Shown here one piece after another: positions 1-9,253 of a DNA stretch of 64,000 bases; within the stretch, counting starts at the first letter, position 1; each line of letters starts with the position of its first letter. Under the pieces are notes generated by a model, which was not told the DNA's origin, ran no database searches, and saw only the letters and a program-made list of their open reading frames with translations. Source of the stretch: an uncultured Verrucomicrobiae bacterium (lineage in GTDB: Bacteria; Verrucomicrobiota; Verrucomicrobiia; Limisphaerales; UBA11358); assembly GCA_963797825.1 (NCBI GenBank), contig CAWCRR010000041.1, positions 24,436 to 88,435 on the forward strand, in the 5' to 3' direction. The translations under genes were made by a program, and so were the position numbers.

Positions 1-4
1 AGGT

Positions 5-1156
5 ATGGGCAAAGTTATGAGTGAACTTATGAAAATTGCCGTTCCAAAAGAAACGTTCCTCGGCGAGACCCGCGCGCCCTTGACGCCGGATTGTGTCGCC
101 AAACTGGTTAAACTCGGCGCGGAAGTCGAAGTCGAATCCGGATTAGGCGTCACCGCGGGTTTTCCCGATGAGGTGTATGCGAAAGCCGGCGCCACCGTCA
201 CTCACGACCGCAAAAGCCTTATCAGTTCAGGCGACATCGTCTTGCGCCTTCGCAAACCCGCAATGGAAGAAGTGGCCCTGCTCAAATCCGGCTCGATCCA
301 CGTGAGCCAGTTGGATGCCTTCCGCGAAAAGGAATTGGTCCAAAAATTGGCCGACCGGGGTGTCAGCGCCATCAGCATGGATTTCATCCCGCGCACCACC
401 CGCGCCCAAAAGATGGATGAACTTTCCTCCCAGGCCAATCTCGGCGGATACGAAGCCGTCATCCTCGCCGCCCGCTATTCCAATAAGATTTTCCCCATGA
501 TGACCACCGCCGCGGGCACGATTTTGCCGGCAAAAGTTTTCATCATCGGCGTCGGTGTTGCCGGGCTGCAGGCGATCGCCACGGCCAAACGGCTGGGCGC
601 CAAAGTCACCGCGTACGACACGCGGCCCGTCGTGGAAGAGCAGGTCAAATCCCTCGGCGCCCAGTTCCTGAAGATGGACCTCGGCGAAACCGGCCAGACC
701 AAGGACGGCTATGCCAAGGCTTTGACCGAGGAACAGATCCAAAAGCAGCGTGCGGGGCTGAAGAAAACCTGTTCCGAATCCGATGTGGTCATCACCGCCG
801 CGCAGGTGTTTGGCCGCAAAGCGCCGATCCTGCTCACCGCCGATATGCTCGATTCTATGAAGCCCGGGTCCGTTGTGGTGGACTTGGCGGTTGAAACCGG
901 CGGCAATGTCGAAGGCGTCGTCTATGATCAGGTGACGGATCGCAAAGGCGTGAAGATCATCGGCATCGCCAATCTGCCCGGTCGCGTGCCGTTGCATGCC
1001 AGCCAGGTGTACGCGGCGAACCTGGAAAATTTCATCGAGGAATTTTGGGACAAAAAAACCAAAAATTTCGTCCTCAAACTGGACGACGACATTATCAAAA
1101 GCAGCCTCGTCACCCACGGCGGCAAGATTGTGAACGAAAAATTAAAGCAGAATTAA
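5..1156 (+). CDS. pntAA: NAD(P) transhydrogenase alpha subunit part 1 (PntAA, dI domain)
   Basis: 383-aa ORF. It has an alanine-dehydrogenase-like sequence with the Rossmann motif VFIIGVGVAGLQA and the typical N-terminus MKIAVPKE. The small alpha-2 and beta subunits follow directly. The real start may be the internal ATG at 29. Confidence 0.9.
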   Translation: MGKVMSELMKIAVPKETFLGETRAPLTPDCVAKLVKLGAEVEVESGLGVTAGFPDEVYAKAGATVTHDRKSLISSGDIVLRLRKPAMEEVALLKSGSIHVSQLDAFREKELVQKLADRGVSAISMDFIPRTTRAQKMDELSSQANLGGYEAVILAARYSNKIFPMMTTAAGTILPAKVFIIGVGVAGLQAIATAKRLGAKVTAYDTRPVVEEQVKSLGAQFLKMDLGETGQTKDGYAKALTEEQIQKQRAGLKKTCSESDVVITAAQVFGRKAPILLTADMLDSMKPGSVVVDLAVETGGNVEGVVYDQVTDRKGVKIIGIANLPGRVPLHASQVYAANLENFIEEFWDKKTKNFVLKLDDDIIKSSLVTHGGKIVNEKLKQN

Positions 1157-1163
1157 TTCATTT

Positions 1164-1439
1164 ATGGATACGAACATTCTTTTCATCTTCATCCTCGCCA
1201 TTTTCGTGGGGTTTGAAGTCATCTCCAAAGTGCCCTCCATGCTGCATACGCCGCTGATGTCCGGCACCAACGCCATTCACGGCATCATTTTATTCGGCGG
1301 CATCCTCGTGCTGGCCGACGCCACCACGCCGTTGTCGATGGCGCTTGGATTTGTCGCGGTGATCTTCGGTTCGGCGAATGTCTTTGGCGGTTTCATGGTC
1401 ACGGACCGCATGTTGCAAATGTTTAAGAAAAAGAAATAA
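1164..1439 (+). CDS. pntAB: NAD(P) transhydrogenase alpha subunit part 2 (PntAB, membrane)
   Basis: 91-aa hydrophobic ORF with three predicted helices. It sits 8 nt after pntAA and 3 nt before pntB, the canonical split-alpha arrangement. Confidence 0.85.
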   Translation: MDTNILFIFILAIFVGFEVISKVPSMLHTPLMSGTNAIHGIILFGGILVLADATTPLSMALGFVAVIFGSANVFGGFMVTDRMLQMFKKKK

Positions 1440-1441
1440 TC

Positions 1442-2857
1442 ATGAATTCCCTCATCGCTCTCATCTTCATCGGCGTTGCCGTCCTGTTCATCATCGGCAT
1501 CAAATTTTTGAGTTCGCCGAAAACCGCGCGGAAGGGTAATCTCATCGCCGCCGCGGGCATGATCATCGCCTTCTTTGCCCTGCACAAAGCCACCGGGGAA
1601 TCGGTCTGGACCCAGGGCTGGACGTTTAATTACACCCTCATCGCCATCGGCATCGTCATCGGATTGATCGTCGGGGCCATCGGCGCTTATTCAGTCAAAA
1701 TGACCGCGATGCCGCAAATGGTCGCGCTCTTCAACGGCCTGGGCGGCGGCGCGGCGGCCCTCGTGGCGAGCCTGGATTTTACGACTAATTCGCACAGCGC
1801 AGGACCAGTCCCGGCGTCCCTCACGGTCCCCATGCTCTTTGCCACGCTCATCGGCTCCCTGTCCTTTTCCGGCAGCATCATCGCGTATCTGAAACTCGAG
1901 GGAAAATTTGAAAAGCCCCATACGTTCCCCGGCCAGAATTTTCTGAACGGCTTGATCATGGTCGTCATCCTCGGCTTGTGCGGCTGGCTGACCATCAATG
2001 CGACCGGCAACAACGCCCTGACCGCCTTCATCGTTTTGTTTTCCTTGGCTTTGGTTTTTGGCGTCGCGATGGTCATGCCCATCGGTGGCGCGGACATGCC
2101 GGTGGTCATTTCGTTGCTCAACTCCTTTACCGGCCTGGCCGTCGCCGCGGACGGTTTTGCCATCAACAACCTCGCCATGATCGTGGCCGGAACGCTCGTC
2201 GGCTCCTCGGGCACGTTGCTCACGTTATTGATGTGCAAAGCGATGAACCGCCCGGTCACCAACGTCTTGTTCGGCGCCTTTGGCTCAGCCGGCGGCGCTG
2301 TCGCCGCGTCCAACGGCATTGCCGGAACGGTCAAACCCATCCAGGCGGACGAAGTTGCCCTGCTCTTGACTTATGCGCAGCGCGTCGTGGTGGTTCCCGG
2401 ATACGGCATGGCCGTGGCGCAGGCCCAGCATCAAGTGCGCGAACTCTCCGATGAACTCGGCAAGCGCGGCGTGGAAGTCCAATTTGCGATCCATCCCGTC
2501 GCCGGCCGCATGCCCGGCCACATGAACGTCTTGCTCGCCGAGGCGAATGTCCCCTACGACCAGCTCATCGAGATGGAGCAGATCAACCCTTCCATGGACC
2601 GCGTGGACGTCTGCCTGGTCATCGGCGCCAACGACGTCGTGAACCCTGCCGCGCGCGAGGAAAAAACCAGCCCGATTTACGGCATGCCCATCATCGAAGC
2701 CGACCATTGCAAATCCACCATCGTGATGAAACGCTCGATGGCCGCGGGCTTCGCCGGCATCGAAAATCATTTATTCTACAAAGACAATACCCGGATGCTG
2801 TTCGGCGATGCCAAGGCTTCCCTCAACGCGCTCGTCGCGGCGGTGAAAGCGAACTGA
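1442..2857 (+). CDS. pntB: NAD(P) transhydrogenase beta subunit (PntB)
   Basis: 471-aa ORF. The N-terminal half is polytopic membrane. The C-terminal dIII domain carries VVVPGYGMAVAQAQH and GANDVVNPAA motifs typical of PntB. Confidence 0.92.
   Translation: MNSLIALIFIGVAVLFIIGIKFLSSPKTARKGNLIAAAGMIIAFFALHKATGESVWTQGWTFNYTLIAIGIVIGLIVGAIGAYSVKMTAMPQMVALFNGLGGGAAALVASLDFTTNSHSAGPVPASLTVPMLFATLIGSLSFSGSIIAYLKLEGKFEKPHTFPGQNFLNGLIMVVILGLCGWLTINATGNNALTAFIVLFSLALVFGVAMVMPIGGADMPVVISLLNSFTGLAVAADGFAINNLAMIVAGTLVGSSGTLLTLLMCKAMNRPVTNVLFGAFGSAGGAVAASNGIAGTVKPIQADEVALLLTYAQRVVVVPGYGMAVAQAQHQVRELSDELGKRGVEVQFAIHPVAGRMPGHMNVLLAEANVPYDQLIEMEQINPSMDRVDVCLVIGANDVVNPAAREEKTSPIYGMPIIEADHCKSTIVMKRSMAAGFAGIENHLFYKDNTRMLFGDAKASLNALVAAVKAN
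2810..2857 (+). repeat. Direct repeat copy 1: last 15 codons plus stop of pntB
   Basis: This 48-nt string recurs at 3767-3814 with one difference (AAC to AAT, synonymous Asn). Aligned by eye base by base. Confidence 0.9.
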
Positions 2858-2947
2858 AGACCACCTCGCTCTGGCTTCTCGAAGTTTTTGAGGAGTCTCT
2901 CAGACAAATCAATTGCGCTGAAAGCGCCAAACCATCGTAGCCGGGGG

Positions 2948-2972
2948 CAACGCCCTCGGAATTAGGGCGTTG
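2948..2972. repeat. REP-like perfect hairpin downstream of pntB
   Basis: caacgccct / cggaatt / agggcgttg forms a 9-bp perfect stem with a 7-nt loop. There is no U-tract, so it is not a classical intrinsic terminator. Confidence 0.5.
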
Positions 2973-3049
2973 GGTCGTCTGCGCCCTGAGAGGGCACTCC
3001 AAAAGAACAAATGAAGAGCGCGTTTCTTAGCCTGTGCGCCACAAATTTT

Positions 3050-3460
3050 TTACGATAAAGGATCAAACAATTGGACGCCAGACGGTTCGAAGTGACGCTT
3101 GTTATGGGTGGCTATGATGTGACCGTTCTGCAAGGCGGTGGCCGCGATCAACGAGTCCTCACACGTCATAGTGCGGTTTTTGACTTTTAAATCAGCGATC
3201 AGTTCCTTCCACCGCACTAACACAGGTTCAGTTAATTCTTCAGTGGCTGGCCCAAACTGTAGTCTGGTATCAGCCAACCAGGCCGCCAGGCTTGCCTGGT
3301 GGGTGGCCGGGGCATGGTCCAATCCAAATTGCAACTCGGCCATCGAAACAATGCTTAAGAAAATATCAGCCTCGTTGCTTTTGACCCATGCCGCCAGTTT
3401 TGGGGGAATCTGCCTCCGCTCCAGCATGGACAAAATGTCCGTATCGATCAGAAAGCTCAC
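3050..3460 (-). CDS. vapC: PIN-domain toxin, VapC/FitB family
   Basis: 136 aa. It starts MSFLIDTDILS, with the first acidic PIN residue in context. It overlaps the upstream antitoxin ORF by 4 nt. Confidence 0.85.
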   Translation of the reverse strand: MSFLIDTDILSMLERRQIPPKLAAWVKSNEADIFLSIVSMAELQFGLDHAPATHQASLAAWLADTRLQFGPATEELTEPVLVRWKELIADLKVKNRTMTCEDSLIAATALQNGHIIATHNKRHFEPSGVQLFDPLS

Positions 3461-3705
3461 TTGAATGGCAACCGATGACGTTCAGGAGGTGGAATGGGTG
3501 ACGGACAGCGGGAAAACTGCTTGAGCAATCCAACGGCGCCCCGGCGTTTGCCCGGCTTTGGCGTCAGAACAATGCTGTTCTTGCCATCGCGCACCGGACG
3601 CACCTCCACCGTGCCGCCACCGGACAGTCCGGAAGCATCGCGCCACCATTTGGGCAAGGTGCTTTGGCCCACCTTGGAAACAGTCATGGTATCCAAATCT
3701 TTCAT
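3457..3705 (-). CDS. vapB: AbrB/SpoVT-type antitoxin (VapB)
   Basis: 82 aa. MTVSKVGQSTLPKWWRDASGL resembles the swapped-hairpin AbrB/MazE DNA-binding N-terminus. It is translationally coupled to the PIN toxin. Confidence 0.75.
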   Translation of the reverse strand: MKDLDTMTVSKVGQSTLPKWWRDASGLSGGGTVEVRPVRDGKNSIVLTPKPGKRRGAVGLLKQFSRCPSPIPPPERHRLPFK

Positions 3706-3707
3706 CC

Positions 3708-3740
3708 TTTAAGGATTCCTTAAATCGGCCCGCTTGTCAA
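3708..3740 (-). promoter_or_regulatory. Putative vapBC promoter/operator
   Basis: On the minus strand TTGACA (3735-3740) precedes an 8+1+8 perfect palindrome, tttaaggaNtccttaaa (3708-3724). The palindrome ends 3 nt before the vapB ATG. This fits an autoregulatory operator and a near-leaderless mRNA. Confidence 0.4.
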
Positions 3741-3766
3741 TCCTCGTCGTGGAGCCTCGTCGTGGA

Positions 3767-3814
3767 GCCAAGGCTTCCCTCAACGCGCTCGTCGCGGCGG
3801 TGAAAGCGAATTGA
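3767..3814 (+). repeat. Direct repeat copy 2: orphan pntB coding tail
   Basis: 47 of 48 nt are identical to 2810-2857, including the stop codon. A 12-nt tandem duplication (cctcgtcgtggag x2, 3741-3766) precedes it. Confidence 0.9.
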
Positions 3815-3872
3815 GCTTTAACTGCGAGTGATGCGGATTAATGTGGTCAATCATTCAGTTGGAGTCGGCGGA

Positions 3873-5152
3873 TCAAAGCAGCCGGCCAGAAATGATCGCC
3901 CGATATCGGGCGGGCTTGTCTTTTTTGACGTTCTCAATCACTCCTTCTTCCGTCAGTCTTGCCAGCCATTCTTTTGTTTGAGACCTGGTCACACCGAGGA
4001 GACTCATAATTTCCGCTTCAGTCCGGAAGGCGACAAGCTCGCGGCGGAGTATTTCACGCACAGTTTTGAAAAGCTCTTCGGCAATATCAGGCGTTTCACC
4101 GGCAATGTTGGAAGACCCGGCTGGCTTCACAGGTTGGTTGTAGGCAGCCGGTCGTTCCTGCAATGCGAATGAAAGAGATTCCTGTGTTGGTTCCGCGGCA
4201 ACCGACTCTAACGCGGCTGAAAGCGCTCCAGCCAATTTCCGCGGCGTTCCCCGGATTTGGCCACGCCAATCCGCCATGGTGAATGAGCGCCGAATTTCCC
4301 CGGCCCGAATTGTTTTCGTTTCGGACAAATACCGGAACAAAGTGAAATTTTTCAAGCTGCTCGATTGCTCCCGCCCACGTGCCGCCCGTTTCGAAATCGG
4401 AAGTCACGACCAAAGCTGCGTCTGCTATGGCGTAAATGACCTTGTTGCGTTGCATGGCATTGCCGACATTGAATCCCGCCGCCGGATCGTAAGGCGATAC
4501 AAGCAGCAGCCGGCGGTCCATGAGCGGCTCGCGATTTTCGTTGGCGATTGCCGCACGCTCAAGACTGTCGGCCATCACCGCCACTGCCTCGCCACCGGAT
4601 TGAAGCACACCGTTGATGGCGGCGCGATCAATGCCTTTAGCTCCGCCGGAAATCAGCGTCTGATGCGCCTCCGCGGCGAGTTTTCCAATCCCCTCCGTGT
4701 AACTGATAAGTTCTTCATCCACGTGGCGTGAGCCAACCACCGCCAATCCGCCCTTTTCCAGCAACGCCAAATCACCACAGCCATATAGCAGGGGTGGGGC
4801 ATCCTCCTTCAATCGTGTCTTCAGCCGTTTGGGATAAGATGGATCCGCCCGGCTGATGACCCAGTTGCTTCGGGCGCTCCATCGTTCGATGGCCTGACTC
4901 AATAAAAATCCTCGCCCCAACAAAGCTTCCAGTCTTTCACGCCCAAACTGTTGCGCGCAAAAATCGAGGAGATCGCCCGCGTCAGTCCCAAGCAAATCGG
5001 CGGGTTGTTTTTGTTTTTCACGCAAGAGGCGGGCGAGACTGATTATATTCGCCCAGGCTGAACAACTTTGGCGAAGGATCTCCGCGCCCGGCGATAAGCG
5101 GCGCGGTTAGCAGCAGGATGGCCTGCGTGTTCGATGTCAGCGGTGTGGTCAT
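3873..5152 (-). pseudogene. DprA/Smf-like DNA-processing protein (SLOG Rossmann domain plus C-terminal winged helix), frameshifted
   Basis: Three reading frames are needed. A 44-codon N-terminal piece ([19 protein letters not shown]..) runs from ATG 5152. The DprA core ([19 protein letters not shown]..) lies in ORF 4096..5025. The wHTH tail lies in ORF 3873..4355. The frame switches near 5025 and near 4230-4275. Confidence 0.7.
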
Positions 5153-7234
5153 TCGTCAGCGTTAGCGGTCGAGGCCAGGGCTATAGGATACACCGGCCCG
5201 CTGCCGTTTGAAAGCAACAGATAAGCCGCGACCGTCATCGTCCATCTTGAATCCACCATATCATCCACCAGCAGGACCGCGCCAGCCGGAATATTTGCCA
5301 CTGATCTTCAAGGAACCATCCACATTCCGCGCTTGTTGGCTGCTGTTTGCCATTTGTTTTTGTGCCGGGCGGTCATCCGGTCTTTTCCAGCAGCGGAATG
5401 GAATGGCAGATTTAATGCGGTAGCCAGCCGGCGGGCAAAGTCGCGGCACAAGAGTTCGGATGCCGGCGTGAGGGAATAAAAGCAACCCAAGCGGGCGCCG
5501 GTTGAGGTCGCCCAGGTCTTCACCATCGCCGCGCAGGCTTCGACCAATTGATCGGCAAATCGTCCGTCCTTCGATTTTCCCTTGGCGCACCAATGAACCC
5601 CAGCCCGCGTCGCCCCACATGCAAAGCACACGGCCAGATTGAGCCTGGCACTCCGGCGCAATTCGTCCGCTAATGCCCATTTGAGGCAGTCCGCCTGTTG
5701 GCCATTGACGGCGCGGTTCCAGCGGCAAACTCGTGCGGCGCAGAAATGCGACCGCTTCCCGCGCCAACCCGGCATCAAACGTGTCGGGCAAAGGTGCGAT
5801 ATTCGGAACATGATCGGGAACCGGGTCGCCATCTAATGCGCGAATGAGAAAGTTCCATGTGTCGGGATGTTAGCGCCACATATTCCAGCATCTGCTGTTG
5901 TTCGACGCGACGCAATCCAGTCAGTCGCTCCGCCCGCTCCCAAAATGCGGGAGACAGATTGGCTGTTGTCAAAGTCCATTTGTTTCCCTGCTTCACCGCC
6001 GGGGCGGGCGATTCCAACGATATCAATTGAAGAGCCTTTTCAATGCGCCCTCTCCGGATATTTGCCCGGCTTAATAGTTCATTGACGGAAAGTCCCCCGG
6101 ATGCGTCCCGGAGCGCGGATAGAAGCGATTCAACTTCTTCACGTGATGGAAACGCACTTTCAATGAAAAAATCATTGATGTCTGATTCTTCCACTCCACT
6201 GAGCAGCACCCCATGAGCCGCTGAAATTTGCCGTCCGGCGCGGCCCACCTGCTGATAGTAGGCGACTACGGAGCCGGGCGTTTGGTAATGAATCACAAAG
6301 GCGAGGTCTGGTTTGTCATAGCCCATGCCCAGGGCGGTGGTTGCCACTAAGGCTTTCACGCGATTTTCCAACAAGGCATTCTCCAGTTCAACGCGCCGTT
6401 CGCCGGTCTCGCCGCTGTAAGATTCCGCCCGAATACCTCGCGATTGCAGCCAGCGCGGCGACCTGGACCGCATCGCGCACAGTGAGCGTGTATACAATGC
6501 CACTGCCCGGAATTCCCGGCAGATGCGTTGCCAGCCATGCCATTCGGGCGGCTCTGGCTTGGCATCCGTATCGTCTGAAGAAGTAGCGAAGGCCGGCCCA
6601 ACTCACCACGCGATACTGTTAAATTCGGCCCAAGGATGATTTGCAAATCCTCAAGCACACGGTTGTTCGCTGTCGCCGTCGTGGCGAGCACGCGCAAATT
6701 CGGCGGCAATGTGCGAATCATTCGCTCGATAAGACGATAGTGTGGACGGAAATCATGGCCCCAATCCGAAATGCAGTGCGCCTCATCCACCACCAGTAAC
6801 GAGATGCGTCCCGCCACCGGCCTCAGTACCTCCGCGCGGAAGTGCCCATTCGCCAACCGTTCCGGCGCAACGAGCAGAATGTCCACCTCATTACGGGCCA
6901 GTGCCCCCTCCACACTTTTCCATTCTTCCTGATTCTCAGAATTGATGGTGACCGCTCGAACACCCATCCGATGGGCCGCCACAATCTGGTTTCGCATCAG
7001 CGCCAAAAGCGGCGATATCAGAATGGCCGGCCCCAGACCCTGTTCTCGCAATAATTTAGCCGCAATAAAATAAACGAAGCTTTTTCCCCAACCAGTTCTT
7101 TGCACGACCAACAATCGACCGCGTCCATCGACGACATGCTGAATGGCGTTCGCCTGCCCTTCGTGAAATGCAGCCGCTGGATTCTGCGTGCCGAGGCGCA
7201 GCAATTCGAGGGCGCGTGTTGGGTTATAAGGCAA
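5149..7234 (-). pseudogene. RecQ-family helicase fused to a ComF-like phosphoribosyltransferase domain, multiply frameshifted
   Basis: ORF 6356..7234 carries helicase motifs, including DEAH (VVDEAHCISDWGHDFRPHY). ORF 5775..6503 carries the helicase C domain (ATTALGMGYDKPD, QQVGRAGR). The PRTase-like tail (VLLVDDMVDSRWTMTV) is visible only in a further frame at 5149-5290. At least five frame changes are needed. Its stop overlaps the dprA-like ATG (ATGA). Confidence 0.7.
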
Positions 7235-7262
7235 GGGGATTAGTTCTTATCACCGCGCGCAC

Positions 7263-8939
7263 TTATTTAACGTCCATCGGCGTTATTTTGACAAAATAAA
7301 CGTCATTCTGTCGCATGTCGAAGCTGCGCACGAAAGGCTTGCCGGATTCAATCTGTATTGTCTCCACCGATGTCGGGTCGCCACTGCTTGACTTTCGCAG
7401 AATTCCAACCTGGCCCGGCGTCAATTGCGAGGGCGCGCCGAGGTCGAGATAGCTCGTGTAAACATCGTTTACGCGATAGCCCGTCTGGTAAATTTCCAGG
7501 GAATAGCTTCCGGCGGGAAGATTGGCGATGTTCAGCACCGCCCGGCCAATCGGTTTGGTGGGTATCTCATTTTTATAAAATTGCTGATCGTTCGTTCCTG
7601 CCGGCGGGACAATCGGCGTATAATCCCAAAACAGGGCCTGTACGGAATGATCCGGGCCGGTGCAGACCCAGGACGCCGGGTCGGTATCGACGAGTTCGGT
7701 CGGTCCCAGTTCATTCAGGAATTTGAATGAATAGAAGGCCGGCTTTTTCAGGTCCTCGTAGTTGATCAGGCCGAAACCGCCGTGGAACGGTGTCATCCGC
7801 GGCCCACCCTCTTCAAAAATATCCGTGAACACCCAGTACGACATCGAGTCCACCGAACGATAGGCGCCCTTGACCTTGCTCAGGATAAAGGCCGCCTGCT
7901 GGTACGTGTCGTGCATGAAGTCCGTGGGTGTGTAGGCCGAACTCCATTCCGTGAAATGCAGTGGCAGGCCGGGCAGGGGCGACCGGTCAATCATCTGGCG
8001 CTCCCCGGTCATCCGGCCAATCACTGAATTGGTGTCGGAATCGATCACGGTTCCCCGCTGACCCGTCGCATCCAGATACCCGCTCTTGACACCATACGAA
8101 TGGGACGAGACAAAATCGAGCGGCACGTGGTTGGTATAACAATAGTTGACGAACGATTCGTCCCAGCGGCCGATGGCCGTGGCCGGCCCGCCCACCCGGT
8201 AATCCGGCGAGACGCTCTTGATGGCGTTGGCCGTGACGGTGTACAGCTTGAAATAATCGTCTTTCGAGCCGGTCCAGAAACCGCCCATCAAATCGGGCTC
8301 ATTCCAAACCTCGAAGTACCAGGTCTTCACCTCGTCCTTTCCATAGCGCTCCTGGAAGTGGCTGACCAGATTGCTGATCAAGTTGCCCCATTTGTCATAC
8401 GATTTCGGCGGGGTCACATTGCCGTTCCACCAAAAAATGGTTTTCTTGCCACTGGCCAAAGCGTTGGGCATGAACGAAAGTTCGACAAACGGTTTCACGT
8501 TGATGCTGAGCAGAAAATCATAGAGCGGGTCGATGTATTGCCAATTGTAAATGGGATTGCCGTTAGCATCTTCCTTGTAAACGCCCATGTCATCGCAGAG
8601 CAATCCATGCATGCGGATATATCGGAAGCCGCAGTCGCGCTGCGCCTCCCGCAACTGGTCCTGCCAATCCGCGCGCAGTCCTTCGTTGGCCCGGCCGGCG
8701 CCGATGCACTCCTTGAAAGACGTGTCCAGCGGCCCCTGCACCGCGTTCACATCCACGGAAATTACCCGGACCGGCCCATTTGTTTCTGCCGCCGCGCCCA
8801 TGCCCGGCCCCGCCATGTCCTGGCTGTTCGATTCTCCATTTGAAGACCGGCAACCTGTCAAAGCGAATGCCGTGACTCCCACTGCCAGCATCGTGGCCAA
8901 AGCACAGAACGATTTTTGTAAAATAAGATTTTTCGTCAT
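7263..8939 (-). CDS. Glycoside hydrolase family 39 (beta-xylosidase-like), lipoprotein signal
   Basis: 558 aa. The signal ends in LTGC. The GH39 signature region is FVELSFMPNAL ... WYFEVWNEPDL ... RVGGPATA. Confidence 0.8.
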   Translation of the reverse strand: MTKNLILQKSFCALATMLAVGVTAFALTGCRSSNGESNSQDMAGPGMGAAAETNGPVRVISVDVNAVQGPLDTSFKECIGAGRANEGLRADWQDQLREAQRDCGFRYIRMHGLLCDDMGVYKEDANGNPIYNWQYIDPLYDFLLSINVKPFVELSFMPNALASGKKTIFWWNGNVTPPKSYDKWGNLISNLVSHFQERYGKDEVKTWYFEVWNEPDLMGGFWTGSKDDYFKLYTVTANAIKSVSPDYRVGGPATAIGRWDESFVNYCYTNHVPLDFVSSHSYGVKSGYLDATGQRGTVIDSDTNSVIGRMTGERQMIDRSPLPGLPLHFTEWSSAYTPTDFMHDTYQQAAFILSKVKGAYRSVDSMSYWVFTDIFEEGGPRMTPFHGGFGLINYEDLKKPAFYSFKFLNELGPTELVDTDPASWVCTGPDHSVQALFWDYTPIVPPAGTNDQQFYKNEIPTKPIGRAVLNIANLPAGSYSLEIYQTGYRVNDVYTSYLDLGAPSQLTPGQVGILRKSSSGDPTSVETIQIESGKPFVRSFDMRQNDVYFVKITPMDVK

Positions 8940-9070
8940 AAAAATGGGGATTAAATGAATTCACTTCCAAAGTTGCAGTCCGAACCGCCACAGGTCTAGC
9001 TTTTTTAATTTCAATCACCGGTCTCCAACTGATTTTTGGGCTAACAGCCCGTTAAAAAATTCATTTAATT

Positions 9071-9148
9071 GTAGGAGGCGAGGTAACGAGTCTCAAATTG
9101 AATTGTGTTTTCAGACATCGCTTAGAGCCTCCTTACGTCGTCTCCCAC
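9071..9148. repeat. Inverted pair of GTAG-type 25-nt REP units (family E)
   Basis: gtaggaggcgaggtaacgagtctc (9071-9094) faces agagcctccttacgtcgtctcccac (9124-9148). Related units lie at 19681, 22806 and 23877. Confidence 0.6.
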
Positions 9149-9253
9149 TTTTTAAACAAACTCCTGACCTTTGGCAAAAATTGGTGAACATTTGGCTCAA
9201 CAAGGTTGGTCTCAATCTTTCCCGGAACGATAATTCATCAAACCCATATTCTT

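Noticed and set aside
227-1117. Long antisense ORFs opposite confirmed genes. Examples are 227..1117 (-), 11459..12586 (-), 31828..33297 (+, 489 aa), 44454..45818 (-, 454 aa) and 61656..62681 (+).
   Set aside because: Each lies entirely within a well-supported gene on the other strand. Each has the Arg/Gly/Ala/His-rich composition typical of shadow frames in GC-rich DNA and shows no recognisable motif.
2935-3000. Possible riboswitch or terminator after pntB (a ctgaga-containing GC-rich structure).
   Set aside because: It has only a simple 9-bp hairpin and a small second stem, with no conserved riboswitch core and no U-tract. It resembles the dispersed REP-like hairpins instead.
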